Assembly: GCA_041488355.1 (NCBI GenBank)
Contig: JBGPPC010000001.1
Location: 1,758-65,757, forward strand
Length of the DNA: 64,000 nt
Origin: Gammaproteobacteria bacterium
GTDB taxonomy: Bacteria; Pseudomonadota; Gammaproteobacteria; Burkholderiales; SHXO01
Reading direction: 5' to 3'
The translations under genes were made by a program, and so were the position numbers. The notes under the pieces are model-generated. The model was not told where the DNA came from. It saw only the letters and a program-made list of their open reading frames with translations, and made no database searches. Shown here piece after piece: positions 13,246 to 22,467 of the stretch. Position 1 is the first letter of the stretch; each line of letters starts with the position of its first letter.

Positions 13246-14817
13246 ATGCTCCGCTCTAAAGTCCCCGCCTCGCAAGCGCCCGACGCACGGCCCTCCGTGG
13301 TGGAACTTCGGGGCTTGTCCAAGAGCTTCGGCGGGACGCTTGCAGTCGACCAGGTCTCCTTGGCTCTGGAGCGCGGCCAAATACTTGCGCTTCTTGGCGA
13401 GAACGGAGCGGGCAAGTCGACGCTTATCAAACTGTTGGCCGGTGTCTACCAATCAGACAGCGGGTCGATATTGCTCGACGGCCGACCGATCGACCATTCC
13501 CAGGACAATCACCGTCTCGCGTTCATCCATCAGGATCACGGCCTGATCGACTCGATGACGGTTGCAGAGAATGTCGCGCTCGTCAGGGGCTACGAGCGGA
13601 GGTTCGGCCTGATCGACTGGCAGGCCACGCGAGAAGCGGCCAGCAGAGCCGTCGAGTCCGTCGACCTGCGAATCGACTTGACCGAGAACGTCTCCGACTT
13701 GTCGCGGACCGAGCGATCACTCGTGGCTATCGCTCGGGCGCTCGCGATGGAGGTCGACGTGCTCGTGCTCGACGAGCCGACCGCGAGCCTGCCCGCACCC
13801 GATGTCGATCTTCTGTTCGATGTTCTCCGGCGCCTTCGTGACAGCGGTGTCGGGATGATCTACGTGACGCATCGCATCGACGAAGTCTTCCGAATCGCCG
13901 ACCGGGTCGCTGTGATGAGGGACGGTTGCCTCGTGTTGTTGCGCGATGTCGCGCAGACCTCGGTCGTTGAGCTCGTCACGGCAATCGTCGGTCGGCCGCC
14001 GTCCGATGCCTCCGTTCGCGCTCCTCAACCCGCTTCGACGCCGATCCTGGAGCTGCGCAGCGTGTGCCTGGATCACCTGAAGCCCGTCTCGTTCTCGGTG
14101 ATGGCGGGGGAACTCGTCGGCCTGGCAGGATTGCGCGGGGCGGGACATGAGATTGTCGGTCGGGCACTCGCCGGCGTAACTCCATTCCGCAGTGGCGAGG
14201 TCAGCATCCGTGGCCGGTGCGTGCGGCTGGCATCGCCTTGCGATGCGATTGACGAGGGAGTCGCGTTCATCACGAGCAACCGTGAGGAAGAGAGTATCGC
14301 CTCGATTCTCTCGGTGCGCGAAAATCTGTTCCTGAATCCTTCGACCGGAGGCAGGCGACCTTTGAGTTTCCAGCTCCCTCGGTCCGAGAGACGCCAGGCT
14401 CTCGAACTGCTCAAGCGCTTCCACGTTCAGCCGCGCGAGCCGGAGAGAGCCATCGCGACGCTGAGCGGCGGCAACCAGCAGAAATGCGTTCTTGCCCGCG
14501 GGTTCGCCGGGCCCGGCTCAGTCTTTGTGCTGGAAGAACCCACGCAGGGTGTGGACGTCGGAGCCAGAGCGGAGATCTACGGCCTCATGCACAAGGCGCT
14601 CGCCTCCGGCTGCTGCATTTTGATTCTGTCCAGCGACTTCGAGGAAGTGGCCCACATCTGCAATCGGGCGCTCGTCTTCAGCCGCGGCGATATGGTAGGA
14701 GAACTGTCCCGTGACGAAATCTCCGTGCCGCGGCTCATCGAGCTCGCGAGCGCCCAGGGGCAATCGGTGACCGACAAATCGATAACGCTGCTACGCCGGA
14801 TAGAGGCCCATCAATAG
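13246..14817 (+). CDS. Sugar ABC transporter ATP-binding protein with duplicated ATPase domains (RbsA-like)
   Basis: Walker A GENGAGKST in the first half and a degenerate second domain (LSGGNQQK signature). The length matches RbsA/MglA-type proteins. Confidence 0.9.
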   Translation: MLRSKVPASQAPDARPSVVELRGLSKSFGGTLAVDQVSLALERGQILALLGENGAGKSTLIKLLAGVYQSDSGSILLDGRPIDHSQDNHRLAFIHQDHGLIDSMTVAENVALVRGYERRFGLIDWQATREAASRAVESVDLRIDLTENVSDLSRTERSLVAIARALAMEVDVLVLDEPTASLPAPDVDLLFDVLRRLRDSGVGMIYVTHRIDEVFRIADRVAVMRDGCLVLLRDVAQTSVVELVTAIVGRPPSDASVRAPQPASTPILELRSVCLDHLKPVSFSVMAGELVGLAGLRGAGHEIVGRALAGVTPFRSGEVSIRGRCVRLASPCDAIDEGVAFITSNREEESIASILSVRENLFLNPSTGGRRPLSFQLPRSERRQALELLKRFHVQPREPERAIATLSGGNQQKCVLARGFAGPGSVFVLEEPTQGVDVGARAEIYGLMHKALASGCCILILSSDFEEVAHICNRALVFSRGDMVGELSRDEISVPRLIELASAQGQSVTDKSITLLRRIEAHQ

Positions 14818-15917
14818 TGAAACTGTTCAGTCGCCACGCTTCCAACGCGGTCGAGATTCGCCGTTCCGAATTAGTACGTAATCTGCTGGTGCGCTACGGG
14901 TTGCTGCTGGTGACGGTCATGCTGATCGGTTTCTTCTGCTTGCTGCTGCCGTCCACCTTTCCGAGCAGTCTCACCTTCCGATCAATCCTGAGCGACAAGG
15001 CGATCGTTGCGTTCGTGGCGCTGGCTCAGATGATCCCGCTCGCGGCCAACAAGTTCGACCTCTCGGTCGGCTACGCTGTAGGCCTCGCTCACATCCTTTC
15101 GATCGGTCTGCAGGTTCATGCGGGGATCCCGTGGCCGATAGCGGTGATTCTCGTATGTGCCATCGGCACGGGTATCGGGATCATCAACGGGTTTCTTGTC
15201 GAGGCGGCGCAGATCGATTCTTTTATCGCTACGCTGGGAACCGGGTCGATCCTATACGCCATCTCGATCGCGTACACGGGTGGCCAGCAGATCGTCGGCC
15301 ACCTGCCGGCAAGCTTCACTGCGATCAATGACACGGTTATTCTCGGTGTCCCGGAGCCCGCCATCTACGTTCTCGTTCTGGCCATCGCATTGTGGATCGC
15401 CTTCGAATTTTTGCCGCTCGGTCGATACATCTATGCGATCGGGGCCAACCCCAAAGCGGCGCATCTTATCGGTATCCCCAAGAGTCGTTACGTGGTGCTC
15501 GCGTTCGCGGCTTCCGGCCTTATCACGGCGATTGCCGGTGTCGTCCTCGGCGCCAAGCTCCAAATCGGGCAAAGCAACGTCGGCCCGGACTATCTGTTGC
15601 CCTCCTTCGTCGGCGCATTGCTGGGATCGACAGCGTTCCGGGCCGCTCGCGTCAATGTGTGGGGTACGATCGTAGCGGTGGTTCTGCTTTCCGTTGGCAT
15701 TTCCGGAATCCAACAGATGGGAAGCGCATTCTACGTGGAGCCGGCGTTCAACGGCACGACGCTGTTGATCGCCGTGGGTCTTGCCGGACTCACCTCGCGT
15801 AGGCAGAGATCGGCCGGGATCTTGGCTGGGCAACGAGCGGCTGCGGAAACACAAGCCGTAACAGGATCGGCGTTTCACGACGAACAGCAAACGCCACGCG
15901 GTGGAATCGTCCGTTAA
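14817..15917 (+). CDS. ABC transporter permease (RbsC/BPD_transp_2-like)
   Basis: 366-aa polytopic ORF. Its GTG start overlaps the ATPase stop codon by 1 nt. Confidence 0.88.
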   Translation: MKLFSRHASNAVEIRRSELVRNLLVRYGLLLVTVMLIGFFCLLLPSTFPSSLTFRSILSDKAIVAFVALAQMIPLAANKFDLSVGYAVGLAHILSIGLQVHAGIPWPIAVILVCAIGTGIGIINGFLVEAAQIDSFIATLGTGSILYAISIAYTGGQQIVGHLPASFTAINDTVILGVPEPAIYVLVLAIALWIAFEFLPLGRYIYAIGANPKAAHLIGIPKSRYVVLAFAASGLITAIAGVVLGAKLQIGQSNVGPDYLLPSFVGALLGSTAFRAARVNVWGTIVAVVLLSVGISGIQQMGSAFYVEPAFNGTTLLIAVGLAGLTSRRQRSAGILAGQRAAAETQAVTGSAFHDEQQTPRGGIVR

Positions 15918-15984
15918 GCGTCGTGCGATGTCGCGATGTGAGATGTCGGAGTAACAAACTCTAACTGATCGGAGGTCACCAGGA

Positions 15985-16935
15985 ATGGAAGCAACTAGAA
16001 CGCAGGTTTGGGCAGAACATCCGACCGTGGCGCTCGGGGAGTTCGAGGAGCTGATGCGCTCGGTGAGCAACTGGGGTCGATGGGGCCCGGAGGACGACCG
16101 TGGCACCCTGAACCTGATCACGCCGGCTCGTATCATCGCCGCCGCCCGCCTGGTAAAGAGCGGGCGGACAGTGTCGATGGCGCTAGACTGGAACACCGAG
16201 GCAGGGCCAGACAATCCTTCTCCAGCGCTTCATTACATGACGCAGATCGGTGACTGCGATCCCGGCGAGCCGCAAACGAACGCGGACTTCATCGGAAGTA
16301 ATTTCCACGGCAAGGCCTGCTCCCACATCGACGCACTGTGCCACTGTGATTATCGCGGACAGCTGTTCAACGGTGTTCCTCAGAGCAGCGTCGGATCCCG
16401 GGGCGCCGCAAAGGGAACGATCATGACCTGTGCGCACGGCATCGTCAGCCGAGGCGTTCTGCTCGATGTTCCCCGATACCGTGGGATCGATTGGCTGGAG
16501 CCAGGGACCGCGGTCGAACCCGCCGAGCTCCAGCAGGTTGAAGCTGCGCAAGGTCTGCGGGTCGGCACCGGGGACATCGTTCTGATCCGAAACGGCCACT
16601 ACAAGCGGCGCCAGACGCTGGGCGCATGGCCGCCGTACTTCTTCGCGGCCGGCTTGCACCCCTCGGCGATGTCGTGGCTGCACGAGCGCGAGGTCGCAGT
16701 TTTGGGCGCGGACGCCGACAGCGACGCGAGGCCAAGCCCGGTTGAAGGCATGCTCTCCCCCATCCATGCTCTGACCCTCAACGGCATGGGCATGCCGCTG
16801 CTCGACAATCTGCAGCTCGAAGATGTCGCCGCTGTGTGCGCAGGCGAACGACGTTGGGAGTTCCTGTGCGTGGTAGCACCGTTGCGCGTTCCAGGGGGCA
16901 CGGGGTCGCCCATCAATCCGATCGCGATCTTCTGA
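15985..16935 (+). CDS. Cyclase family protein (kynurenine-formamidase-like metal hydrolase)
   Basis: 316 aa with an HGKACSHIDALCH motif resembling the HxGTHxDxPxH cyclase signature. GGAGG lies upstream. Confidence 0.8.
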   Translation: MEATRTQVWAEHPTVALGEFEELMRSVSNWGRWGPEDDRGTLNLITPARIIAAARLVKSGRTVSMALDWNTEAGPDNPSPALHYMTQIGDCDPGEPQTNADFIGSNFHGKACSHIDALCHCDYRGQLFNGVPQSSVGSRGAAKGTIMTCAHGIVSRGVLLDVPRYRGIDWLEPGTAVEPAELQQVEAAQGLRVGTGDIVLIRNGHYKRRQTLGAWPPYFFAAGLHPSAMSWLHEREVAVLGADADSDARPSPVEGMLSPIHALTLNGMGMPLLDNLQLEDVAAVCAGERRWEFLCVVAPLRVPGGTGSPINPIAIF

Positions 16936-16972
16936 AGTTCCCTTACTCTTCTGACTTAAGGAGGCTCACAAA

Positions 16973-18154
16973 ATGTCCGCTATGCGTATTGGGTACCTAC
17001 AGAGCAAGACCATGGGCGCAGCGTTGGTGGCTGCCGCGCTTTTGATGACGGGGGGTAGCGCCGGAACAGCTGTGGGTGCTCCTTCGGTCGACGCAAACTC
17101 CGCGGCGTGTGGCGGTTCGCAATCGGCCATCGTCGCCGAGTCGTTCGCGCTGCTCGCGACGGCCCAGCGACACGCGACAGTCTGGAACGGGCCGTCCACT
17201 GGTCCGAAGGCGGCAGCCGGCAAGTCGGTCGTCTACGTGGCGCAGGACATGCGAAACGGCGGCGTACTGGGGGTGAGCGAAGGGGTCCAGAGCGCTGCCA
17301 GCGCAATCGGCTGGAAGCTCAAGATCATCGATGGCGCGGGTACCGTCGCCGGAAGGGTTGCGGCCATCAACCAGGCAGTCGCGTTGAGGCCGGACGGGAT
17401 CATCCTGGGGTCGGTTGATGCACAGGAGGAGGCAGCCGCGATCCGCGCCGCCGCGAAGCAAGGAATCAAGATCGTTGGCTGGCACTCAGCCGCGTCGACC
17501 GGCGCGATCGAGGATCCTCCCATCTTTACCAATGTCACGACAGACGCAGTCAGCGTTGCGAAGGTGGCGGGCGCGTACGCTCTCCAAACTACCGGCTGCA
17601 CCGCAGGCGCGGTGATCTTCTGGCAGTCCGGGGACGCGATAGGCATCAAGAAAGCCGAGACGATGCGAGCCGTGGTTCAAGGCTGCCCGGGTTGCAAGGT
17701 CCTGGACTACGTCAACACACCTTTGGCGGACACCGCGGCGCGGATGCCCCAGAATACGACCTCACTGCTTCAGCGGTTCCGTAACACCTGGACGATCGGA
17801 CTGGGTATCAACGACCTCTATTTCGACTTCGCATCTCCAGCGCTGCGCACCGCCGGCGTTGGGCCGTCTGGGCCACCGACGTTCATCTCCGCCGGGGATG
17901 GGAGCGTAGCCGCTTTCGACCGAATCCGCTCTGGGCAGTACCAGACCGGAACCGTCGCGGAGCCGCTGCACGAAGCTGGATGGCAGCTTGTTGACGAGCT
18001 AAACCGGGCGCTGGCTGGCCAGCCGTCGAGCGGTTACGTAGCGCCGGTTCACCTGGTGACAAAGGACAATATCCAGTTCGACGGAGGACCCAAGAACATC
18101 TATGACCCAGACAACAACTACCAGAGCCACTACAAGGCAATATGGGGGAAATAG
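16973..18154 (+). CDS. Periplasmic sugar-binding protein (RbsB-like) for the adjacent ABC transporter
   Basis: 393 aa with a signal peptide and an AAGGAGG ribosome-binding site. It has a type-I periplasmic-binding fold pattern (VVYVAQDMRNGG, IILGSVD). Confidence 0.85.
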   Translation: MSAMRIGYLQSKTMGAALVAAALLMTGGSAGTAVGAPSVDANSAACGGSQSAIVAESFALLATAQRHATVWNGPSTGPKAAAGKSVVYVAQDMRNGGVLGVSEGVQSAASAIGWKLKIIDGAGTVAGRVAAINQAVALRPDGIILGSVDAQEEAAAIRAAAKQGIKIVGWHSAASTGAIEDPPIFTNVTTDAVSVAKVAGAYALQTTGCTAGAVIFWQSGDAIGIKKAETMRAVVQGCPGCKVLDYVNTPLADTAARMPQNTTSLLQRFRNTWTIGLGINDLYFDFASPALRTAGVGPSGPPTFISAGDGSVAAFDRIRSGQYQTGTVAEPLHEAGWQLVDELNRALAGQPSSGYVAPVHLVTKDNIQFDGGPKNIYDPDNNYQSHYKAIWGK

Positions 18155-18596
18155 CGGCTAGGCGAGGCCGATTAGTGGCTCTCTCGGAAGCTCCTCAGGC
18201 TGATGCATGCGCACGTGATCGCCAAGCTGCAGCAGCCGCGGAAGGCGTGCCGCAATGCTTGCACAGGTGCTGTTGCAGCAACGTCGAGGTAGCATAGTCT
18301 TGTTCCGTCATAGGCGCGACCTGCAAGTAAGCATTAGCGCAGCGCGCAGCCGTGCGCTGCGAGGAGGCTTGGGCGCGAGTTCCAAAGGTGCCAACACGTT
18401 GTCGCCGATGTCCTGATCATCGCGACACTGCCCACTCGCGCAATGCTGATGACCGCTTTGCGGGGTTTTGTCGTGGCCGGAATATTAGCCGTGGCGGTTG
18501 TCTTCGCATTCGCCTTGGACGCCGTCACGGCCCTGGTATAGCTTAGTGTGAAGGGCGACCCTCCATGCCAAAAGCACATTACGCGCGAGTTACTCT

Positions 18597-18641
18597 CCTT
18601 TCACGGCGGTAACCGGGGTTCGAATCCCCGTGGGGACGCCA
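18597..18641 (+). pseudogene. Orphan 3' half of tRNA-Glu(UUC): anticodon loop to CCA
   Basis: CCTTTCACGGCGGTAACCGGGGTTCGAATCCCCGTGGGGACGCCA matches the E. coli tRNA-Glu 3' half almost base for base (anticodon loop CTTTCAC, T-arm GGGGTTCGAATCCCC, acceptor strand ending GGGGACGCCA). No complementary 5' acceptor strand (GTCCCCA) or D-arm lies upstream. Confidence 0.8.
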
Positions 18642-20285
18642 CACCAGCAATAGCAGGAAACAGCAGCGCAGCGATGGGCGTTGCGCCCTCTAGGTACCAG
18701 CCGCCGTCACCGGTCAACTTCAACCTGAGCGAATCCCCCAGCAGCCTGCGTAGCGCCTGACGGGCGACCGGCACGTCTGCGTGCAGCAGGTCTTGGAAGT
18801 GCTCCACCACCGCGCGGACCTCCTCGTGCAGCCCAGCGACCGGGTCGTGTTGCCGCGCCAGCGCATGCCGCTCCAGTTCCGCATCCAGTTCCGCGATGCG
18901 GTCCTCGCGCAGCTTGATCTCCTGCAAGACGCGCTCCGGGGCTTGGCCTCGGGCGATGAGGGCGCAGAAGCGGTCTAGTTCGCGCTGCACCTTAGCGCGC
19001 TGGGCGCGCAGCTTAGCGCATAGGTCGGGCTGGGCGCGTTGCTGCTCCGCCAGCTGCTCCAGCGCTTCTTCGATGACGATGCGGAAGGCATCGGGTGTGA
19101 GGATTTGGTGCTTGAGCGCGTCGAGCACGAGCCCATCGACGGTCTTCGTCTGGATCTGTTTGCGGTTGTTGCAAGCGCCGCGCTGGATGTAGGCGCTGCA
19201 CCGGTAGTGGGGCACCACGCGCCGGGTTGCTCCGCCTCCAGGGGAACACCGGTGGCGGTCATCGATGCCCCGCAAGCGCCGCAGTGGAGGAGGCCGCTCA
19301 GCAGGTGTCTCGCCGTCGTTCCGCGCTCGGGGCGTCCGAATAGCTTGCCCCCTTGGGTGCGCAGATAGCTGGCGCGTACGGCTGCGAGACGCGCTTGTAC
19401 GGCGGCCCACAGCGGCTCCGGTACGATGCGTAGTTCGGGGCGCTCGACCCTGAGAAACTCCTTCTGACGCACGGTTGTGGCGGTGCCTCCTTTGTATACC
19501 GTCCGGTATTCGCCGAAAGGGATAATGCCGCCGTACCGCTCGCAGTGCAGGATTTCGTAAATGGCCGAAGCGCTCCACGAACCCGTACCCCGGTTGCCTT
19601 GGCGCGGGCGGGGAGGGGCAACGCCGTTGAAATACTCCGCCAGCAGGTTCGCGTAGCGAGGTACGCCGTTCAGCGTCTTGGCGATGCACGCATGTCCGTA
19701 ACCATCGCGGTAGCATGAATAAATCCCGACGATGACCGCCGCTTGCTCAGCGTTGATGCGCCATTCGGTGTGGTTGTCGCAGCGGTGCCGGTCATACCCG
19801 TAGACCAGGCCTCCAGTGGAATGCCCCGCCTTGGCCTTGCGCAGTAGCGCGTCCCGCGCCCGTTGACCGGCTTTCTCCCGCTCCAGCTCAGCCGCAAACG
19901 AAACCGCCCCCACCAAGAAACGATCCACCGCAGTCTCGAACCTCAACTGCTCCTTCGTCAGGTAGAAGTGCACCTGCACGCCGGCAGCCTCGACCTGTGC
20001 CAGCACTTGCGCGGTTTGCACTTGGTCGCGACCCAACCGAGAAAGCTCGGACATGACGATGACGTCGAACTCGCGCAGGCGGGTGAGCATACGCAGCAGA
20101 CCGGGGCGATTCTTAAACTCCGCCCCGCTAACGTTGTCGTCGGTGAAGACGAGGTCGTCGCTGACTTCCCAGCCTTTGGACGAGGCGTAGGCGCGTGCGT
20201 GGTCTACCTGCCGCGTGACGGACTTGTTGTCCTCCCCTTTGTCGTCATCGTCAGTGGACTTGCGAGCGTAGACAGCGGCTCTCAT
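18601..20285 (-). pseudogene. Large serine recombinase, disrupted by one frameshift
   Basis: The N-terminal ORF (18975-20285) has the resolvase catalytic domain (AVYARKSTDD, VMSELSRLGRD) and recombinase domain up to LLHCGACGASM. The zinc-ribbon and coiled-coil C-terminus (YRCSAYIQRGACNNRKQIQ...) continues in another frame (track ORF 18601-19716). The frame switch lies at about 19205-19260. The last ~13 codons are encoded by the tRNA-Glu fragment. Confidence 0.85.
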
Positions 20286-20578
20286 TTCGCCTCCAGCCGG
20301 TATTCGCCGTCCGCGCCTTTCACAATCCGCAGCGGTGTGCCGCCGATGCCGTACTTCGCACTGCGCAAGTCGCTCAGGGCGGTGGTAACACTGCTGGGTT
20401 TGAGCGGACCTGCGCCTGCACCAAGCTCCTCCAGCGTAGCTTCGCCGCCGCCGGTGAAGAATTCGTAGAGCCGGCGCTTGAAACCGGGCTTGCGAATGCT
20501 GGGTGCCTCTGCCTTAGGTGCGGCTGCCTTAGACTTGGCGCGCTTGCTTGGGCGTTGACGCTTCTGCTTGGTGGTCAT
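20282..20578 (-). CDS. Small basic protein with a winged-helix-like C-terminus (hypothetical)
   Basis: 98 aa with a Lys/Ala-rich tail and then ATLEELGAG...TTALSDLRSAKYGIGGTPLRIVKGADGEYRLE. An ATGA overlap joins it to the recombinase start. Confidence 0.6.
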   Translation of the reverse strand: MTTKQKRQRPSKRAKSKAAAPKAEAPSIRKPGFKRRLYEFFTGGGEATLEELGAGAGPLKPSSVTTALSDLRSAKYGIGGTPLRIVKGADGEYRLEAK

Positions 20579-20720
20579 GGTCTCTCCATAGGTAGTGGTC
20601 GATTGCGGCGCGAATCAGCGCCGCCACCGGCGTGCCGGTCTTCCTCGAAAGCGTACGCAGGGCCGCGAGCTGCCTCGGTTGTAAGTAGGCAGCGATCATT
20701 TCTTGGTTGCCCATGCGCAT
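20529..20720 (-). CDS. Ribbon-helix-helix (CopG/Arc-like) DNA-binding protein
   Basis: MRMGNQEMIAAYLQPRQLAALRTLSRKTGTPVAALIRAAIDHYL shows a beta-strand plus two helices, the RHH pattern. AGGAGA lies 6 nt upstream of ATG 20720. It is the first gene of the RHH, wHTH, recombinase module. Confidence 0.6.
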   Translation of the reverse strand: MRMGNQEMIAAYLQPRQLAALRTLSRKTGTPVAALIRAAIDHYLWRDHDHQAEASTPKQARQV

Positions 20721-20944
20721 TCGCTTTCTCCTGATGACGGCGGCATGTCCGGCACGCTTAATGTTAGCGCAGCGCATCGAGAATGTAACTACCTCTAGCA
20801 GCCAGCGGTGCCCGCACGCACGAGGGCGTCGGGATCGTTGACGCCGACGGAGGTGGGCTTGCCGCGCGCGAGGCTTGTTGTCGCCTCTAGGTCAGCTGTT
20901 ACAAGTGCTATGATGAACCGCCCCATCAATGGGCAGAGGTCGTC

Positions 20945-21754
20945 ATGCTATCGGCTGCTACAAGAGATCTGGCAAGGAATCTAATCAACCCCCGCATCGC
21001 CGATCGTTGGTCAGGATTCGTAGGCGCTGGCGAGTCGATGATTGGAACGTACAATCAACGCGGGCTGCTCGTTAGCGGGCCGATGGTCCAGGCAATGAAC
21101 AAGTTTGGGCGAGATGAATTAAGAGCACAGATCCAGATTGCATTCACGAACATACAGCGAACCGTTGTACAGACCAAGACAACATACTCGCAGGATCTGG
21201 CGTTCGATCTGAAGAGGGAATTGGAGATCTACGCGAACCAGAGTGTTATAGAGATCATAGGCGAAATCAACAAACGTTGGGCAAGCGTTGCAACAGTTAA
21301 CCCAGAGTCCATGGATCGCGAGAAGCGCATTGCGTTAGATATCTTTAGCGGCGAAATCGACATTCTCGTGGAGCAACTACGACAAGCAGCGACTGCAGAA
21401 AAAAGTTCTGGTGGCGTGTACAACTTCCACGGTCCTGTTGGTGCGTTTCAAGTGGGTAATTACAACATCGCGAATGTTACCCAGAATTTGGCTGACGCTG
21501 ATAGGGCAAAGGTGACTGAGGCGTTGGACTTGTCTATTCAGTCTTTGCAACAGAGCAGCCACCCAAAGTCCAGCGAGATGGAGCGTCTCGCCGAGGAGGC
21601 ACGGGAAGAGCTGACAAAGCCTGTGCCGAATGATACGAAGCTGCTCACGATTCTTACGGTCTTGAGCAGTGCGGTTGAGGGTATTGCCAACGCCCGGCCG
21701 GCCTACGAAGCGCTGCGCACTGCGCTCCTCTTCTGGGGAATTTCTTTACCTTGA
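20945..21754 (+). CDS. Hypothetical protein (island cargo)
   Basis: 269-aa ORF in the lower-GC block with GAGG upstream. I recognise no family. Confidence 0.6.
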   Translation: MLSAATRDLARNLINPRIADRWSGFVGAGESMIGTYNQRGLLVSGPMVQAMNKFGRDELRAQIQIAFTNIQRTVVQTKTTYSQDLAFDLKRELEIYANQSVIEIIGEINKRWASVATVNPESMDREKRIALDIFSGEIDILVEQLRQAATAEKSSGGVYNFHGPVGAFQVGNYNIANVTQNLADADRAKVTEALDLSIQSLQQSSHPKSSEMERLAEEAREELTKPVPNDTKLLTILTVLSSAVEGIANARPAYEALRTALLFWGISLP

Positions 21755-22467
21755 TGATCGAGCGCCGCGGCTCCGGATAAATCCTGCCAATGGCCGACGA
21801 CGAGAACAACGCGATCTCGCTGAAGGAGTTCTTCGAGAGCACGCCCCCAGGCACGTGGGTGATGGTCTCGGAACCCGTGAAAGCCGCGCGCTCCTCAGGG
21901 GCCTATCCCGAACTTGTCGACGTGGAATTGGAGCTCTACTGCGACAATGAACGCTGTAACGGAATCCGGGTCTTTAGGCTCACGAGCAGCCACACTCTGC
22001 GCCCAAAAACGTGGGACGATGAGTTCGTAATCTATCGGTGCAAGAACTGCGGGGCCAAGCAAAAGAGGTTTGCAATCTCTGCGATTCTGCTTGAAGATTT
22101 GAAGACCGCGAATATGTTCAAGTACGGAGAGGTGCCATTTTTCGGGCCCCCGACACCGAAGACGGTCAGCGACCTGCTGGGGAAGCATCGGGAGTATTAC
22201 TTCAAGGGGCGTAGCGCGGAAAACCAGGGGATGGGAATCGCGGCCTTCGCTTACTACCGTCGCGTCATCGACGGTCTGAAGAACGACCTCTTCGACAAGA
22301 TCATTCAAGTGTGCAAGGTACTAAATGTTTCTCCCGAGCTCATTGATGAGCTAACGACCGCAAAGGCGGAAACTCAGTTCACGAAGGCCATGGACTCGAT
22401 CAAGCATGGTATTCCGCAAGCACTCCTCATCAGCGGGCGAGAACCCGCTGAAGCTTCTATATGCAGC

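Noticed and set aside
18440-18546. Short hydrophobic ORF (..MLMTALRGFVVAGILAVAVVFAFALDAVTALV*) in the gene-poor stretch before the tRNA fragment.
   Set aside because: No ribosome-binding site, very short and no conservation evidence. It could be a remnant of a membrane-protein gene.
18541-18641. Possible complete tRNA or tmRNA gene ending at 18641.
   Set aside because: Only the anticodon loop, variable region, T-arm and 3' acceptor strand are present. The required 5' acceptor strand (GTCCCCA) and D-arm are absent, and the acceptor end does not fit tmRNA. It is kept only as a tRNA-Glu 3' fragment.
20875-20915. Sigma-70-like -10 box (TATGAT at 20909-20914) for the first island cargo gene.
   Set aside because: No acceptable -35 hexamer lies at 16-18 nt spacing, so there is not enough support for a promoter call.
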